A DNA stretch of 64,000 nt from assembly GCA_001643675.2 (NCBI GenBank), contig LSRY02000006.1, positions 1,674,001-1,738,000 of the forward strand. Reading direction: 5' to 3'. The translations under genes and the position numbers were made by a program. Source of the stretch: Monocercomonoides exilis PA203 (lineage: Eukaryota > Protista > Preaxostyla). A model generated the notes under the pieces. That model was given only the letters and a program-made list of their open reading frames with translations, did no database searches and was not told where the DNA came from. Below are positions 62,828 through 64,000 of the stretch, in pieces; the first letter of the stretch is position 1; each line of letters opens with the position of its first letter.

Positions 62828-64000
62828 TTGAAAGCTAAAAATAAATTCGTCACAAACGCATTGAATCATCAAATAAGCGGGGGGAAAAACAGCAAAACAC
62901 AAATGAGAAGTGAGCATAACAAAGTCTTGTATTAACATAATTTTTGTCAGAGTTCAATAGCACTCAAAGAACAAGAGAAAGAGAAAGCGTGTACATGTGC
63001 GTGCGTGTGCGTGGGTGCGTGAGCTTGTGAGAAAATTGAAAAAGAAAACATTTCAATTTAATAAACAATTTGCTAAAAAAAAAAGAAAAGAAAAAAGAAA
63101 TAGATGAGAAAAATGAAAAGCATTGCAGGCACTAATAATATTTTCATTTAAGCACTCCACTTTCATAATCGTCTTTTCGATAAATAAACTTATTTTTTCA
63201 TCCATCTTTTTGTGGAACAAATAATAAAACGGTAAAAATGACTTTAGAAATTAAAGAACACAAATAACAAAAAAAACATCACAGTATTTACACCTGCCCA
63301 AATAATATCTATCCATATTCAAAGTATATTCTTGGTGTTTTTGATTCGTTTATTATAATAATAGTTATTATCCTGAAATTTTGTTTTAAAAAATTGTCTC
63401 AAGCAAAATACAGAATTCTATCAAACAAATCAAATTTATGTTCACTTTTATTACTTTTAGTGTCCATCCATTTTTTTTTCCGTTTCTCTCAGCTTTTCAA
63501 GAACATCAATTATTTTTTGTCTTTTCATTTTGATTTGTTTATGATTTGATCGTTTAATTAAATTAATTATTTAAAAAGGTTGAGAGCATGAAGAGAAATA
63601 TATGTATTTTCAAGGATTTTATGTGTAATGAATTAAAACTTCAATTCTCGAATTACTTTATCTTTCTTTCCATTTTTTTTTATCAATTGTATGCACTCAT
63701 TTATTTGTTGCCATCATTGCTGTGATGAAGCGTTGCATTCTTATACTCAATAAAATATTAAAAAATTATTTCATTTCAATTTTTTCATGCGAAAAATTCA
63801 TCCATTGCTCCTATTACTTCAATGAAATTGAATGAAGAGTCATATGGGTTATTATTTTTGAAATCAAATTTTTTCATTCAAATTTTTCGGTTCAAAAATT
63901 AATCTTAAATGTTAACCAATGAACAGTGATAAGTGAAAAAGCTTATTTAAGACAATTTTATCTTTGATTAGGTTAAACTTTTTGTTTTCAAAACAGTTGT

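Noticed and set aside
1-64000. Reassigned stop codons (TAA/TAG=Gln in some oxymonads), tRNA, rRNA or CRISPR arrays
   Set aside because: Conserved genes end at TAA, TAG or TGA, and internal stops are explained by introns. No RNA gene or repeat-spacer array was recognised by eye.

Overview
AT-rich, gene-dense eukaryotic DNA with short spliceosomal introns and the standard code. Gene content and a large beta-helix/TM/kinase-remnant gene point to a flagellated protist, probably a Monocercomonoides-like oxymonad (inference, not database-checked). I spliced about 25 genes by hand. Well-supported calls: V-ATPase E, an EEF1AKMT4-like methyltransferase, a PHD protein, a 7TM protein, VPS26C, DNALI1, CFAP206, MCRS1, centrin, prolidase, RPL24, TEDC1, AMPK-beta, a Bet1-like SNARE absent from the ORF track, CTU1 and NXF1. 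Mobile DNA comprises an intact DD35D pogo-type transposase with decayed inverted repeats, a 1.0-kb long-TIR foldback element with a TA duplication, and a large hairpin element carrying a TA-flanked MITE in one arm. The most unusual observations are this nested hairpin/MITE set, an AMPK-beta whose ASC domain is split by about 590 aa, a candidate REDIC1-like meiotic gene, a secreted His-rich protein, a GC-AG intron in the CTU1 PP-loop, a double frameshift hiding a receptor TM helix, and pervasive head-to-head gene pairing. Family assignments come from remembered motifs, not searches.
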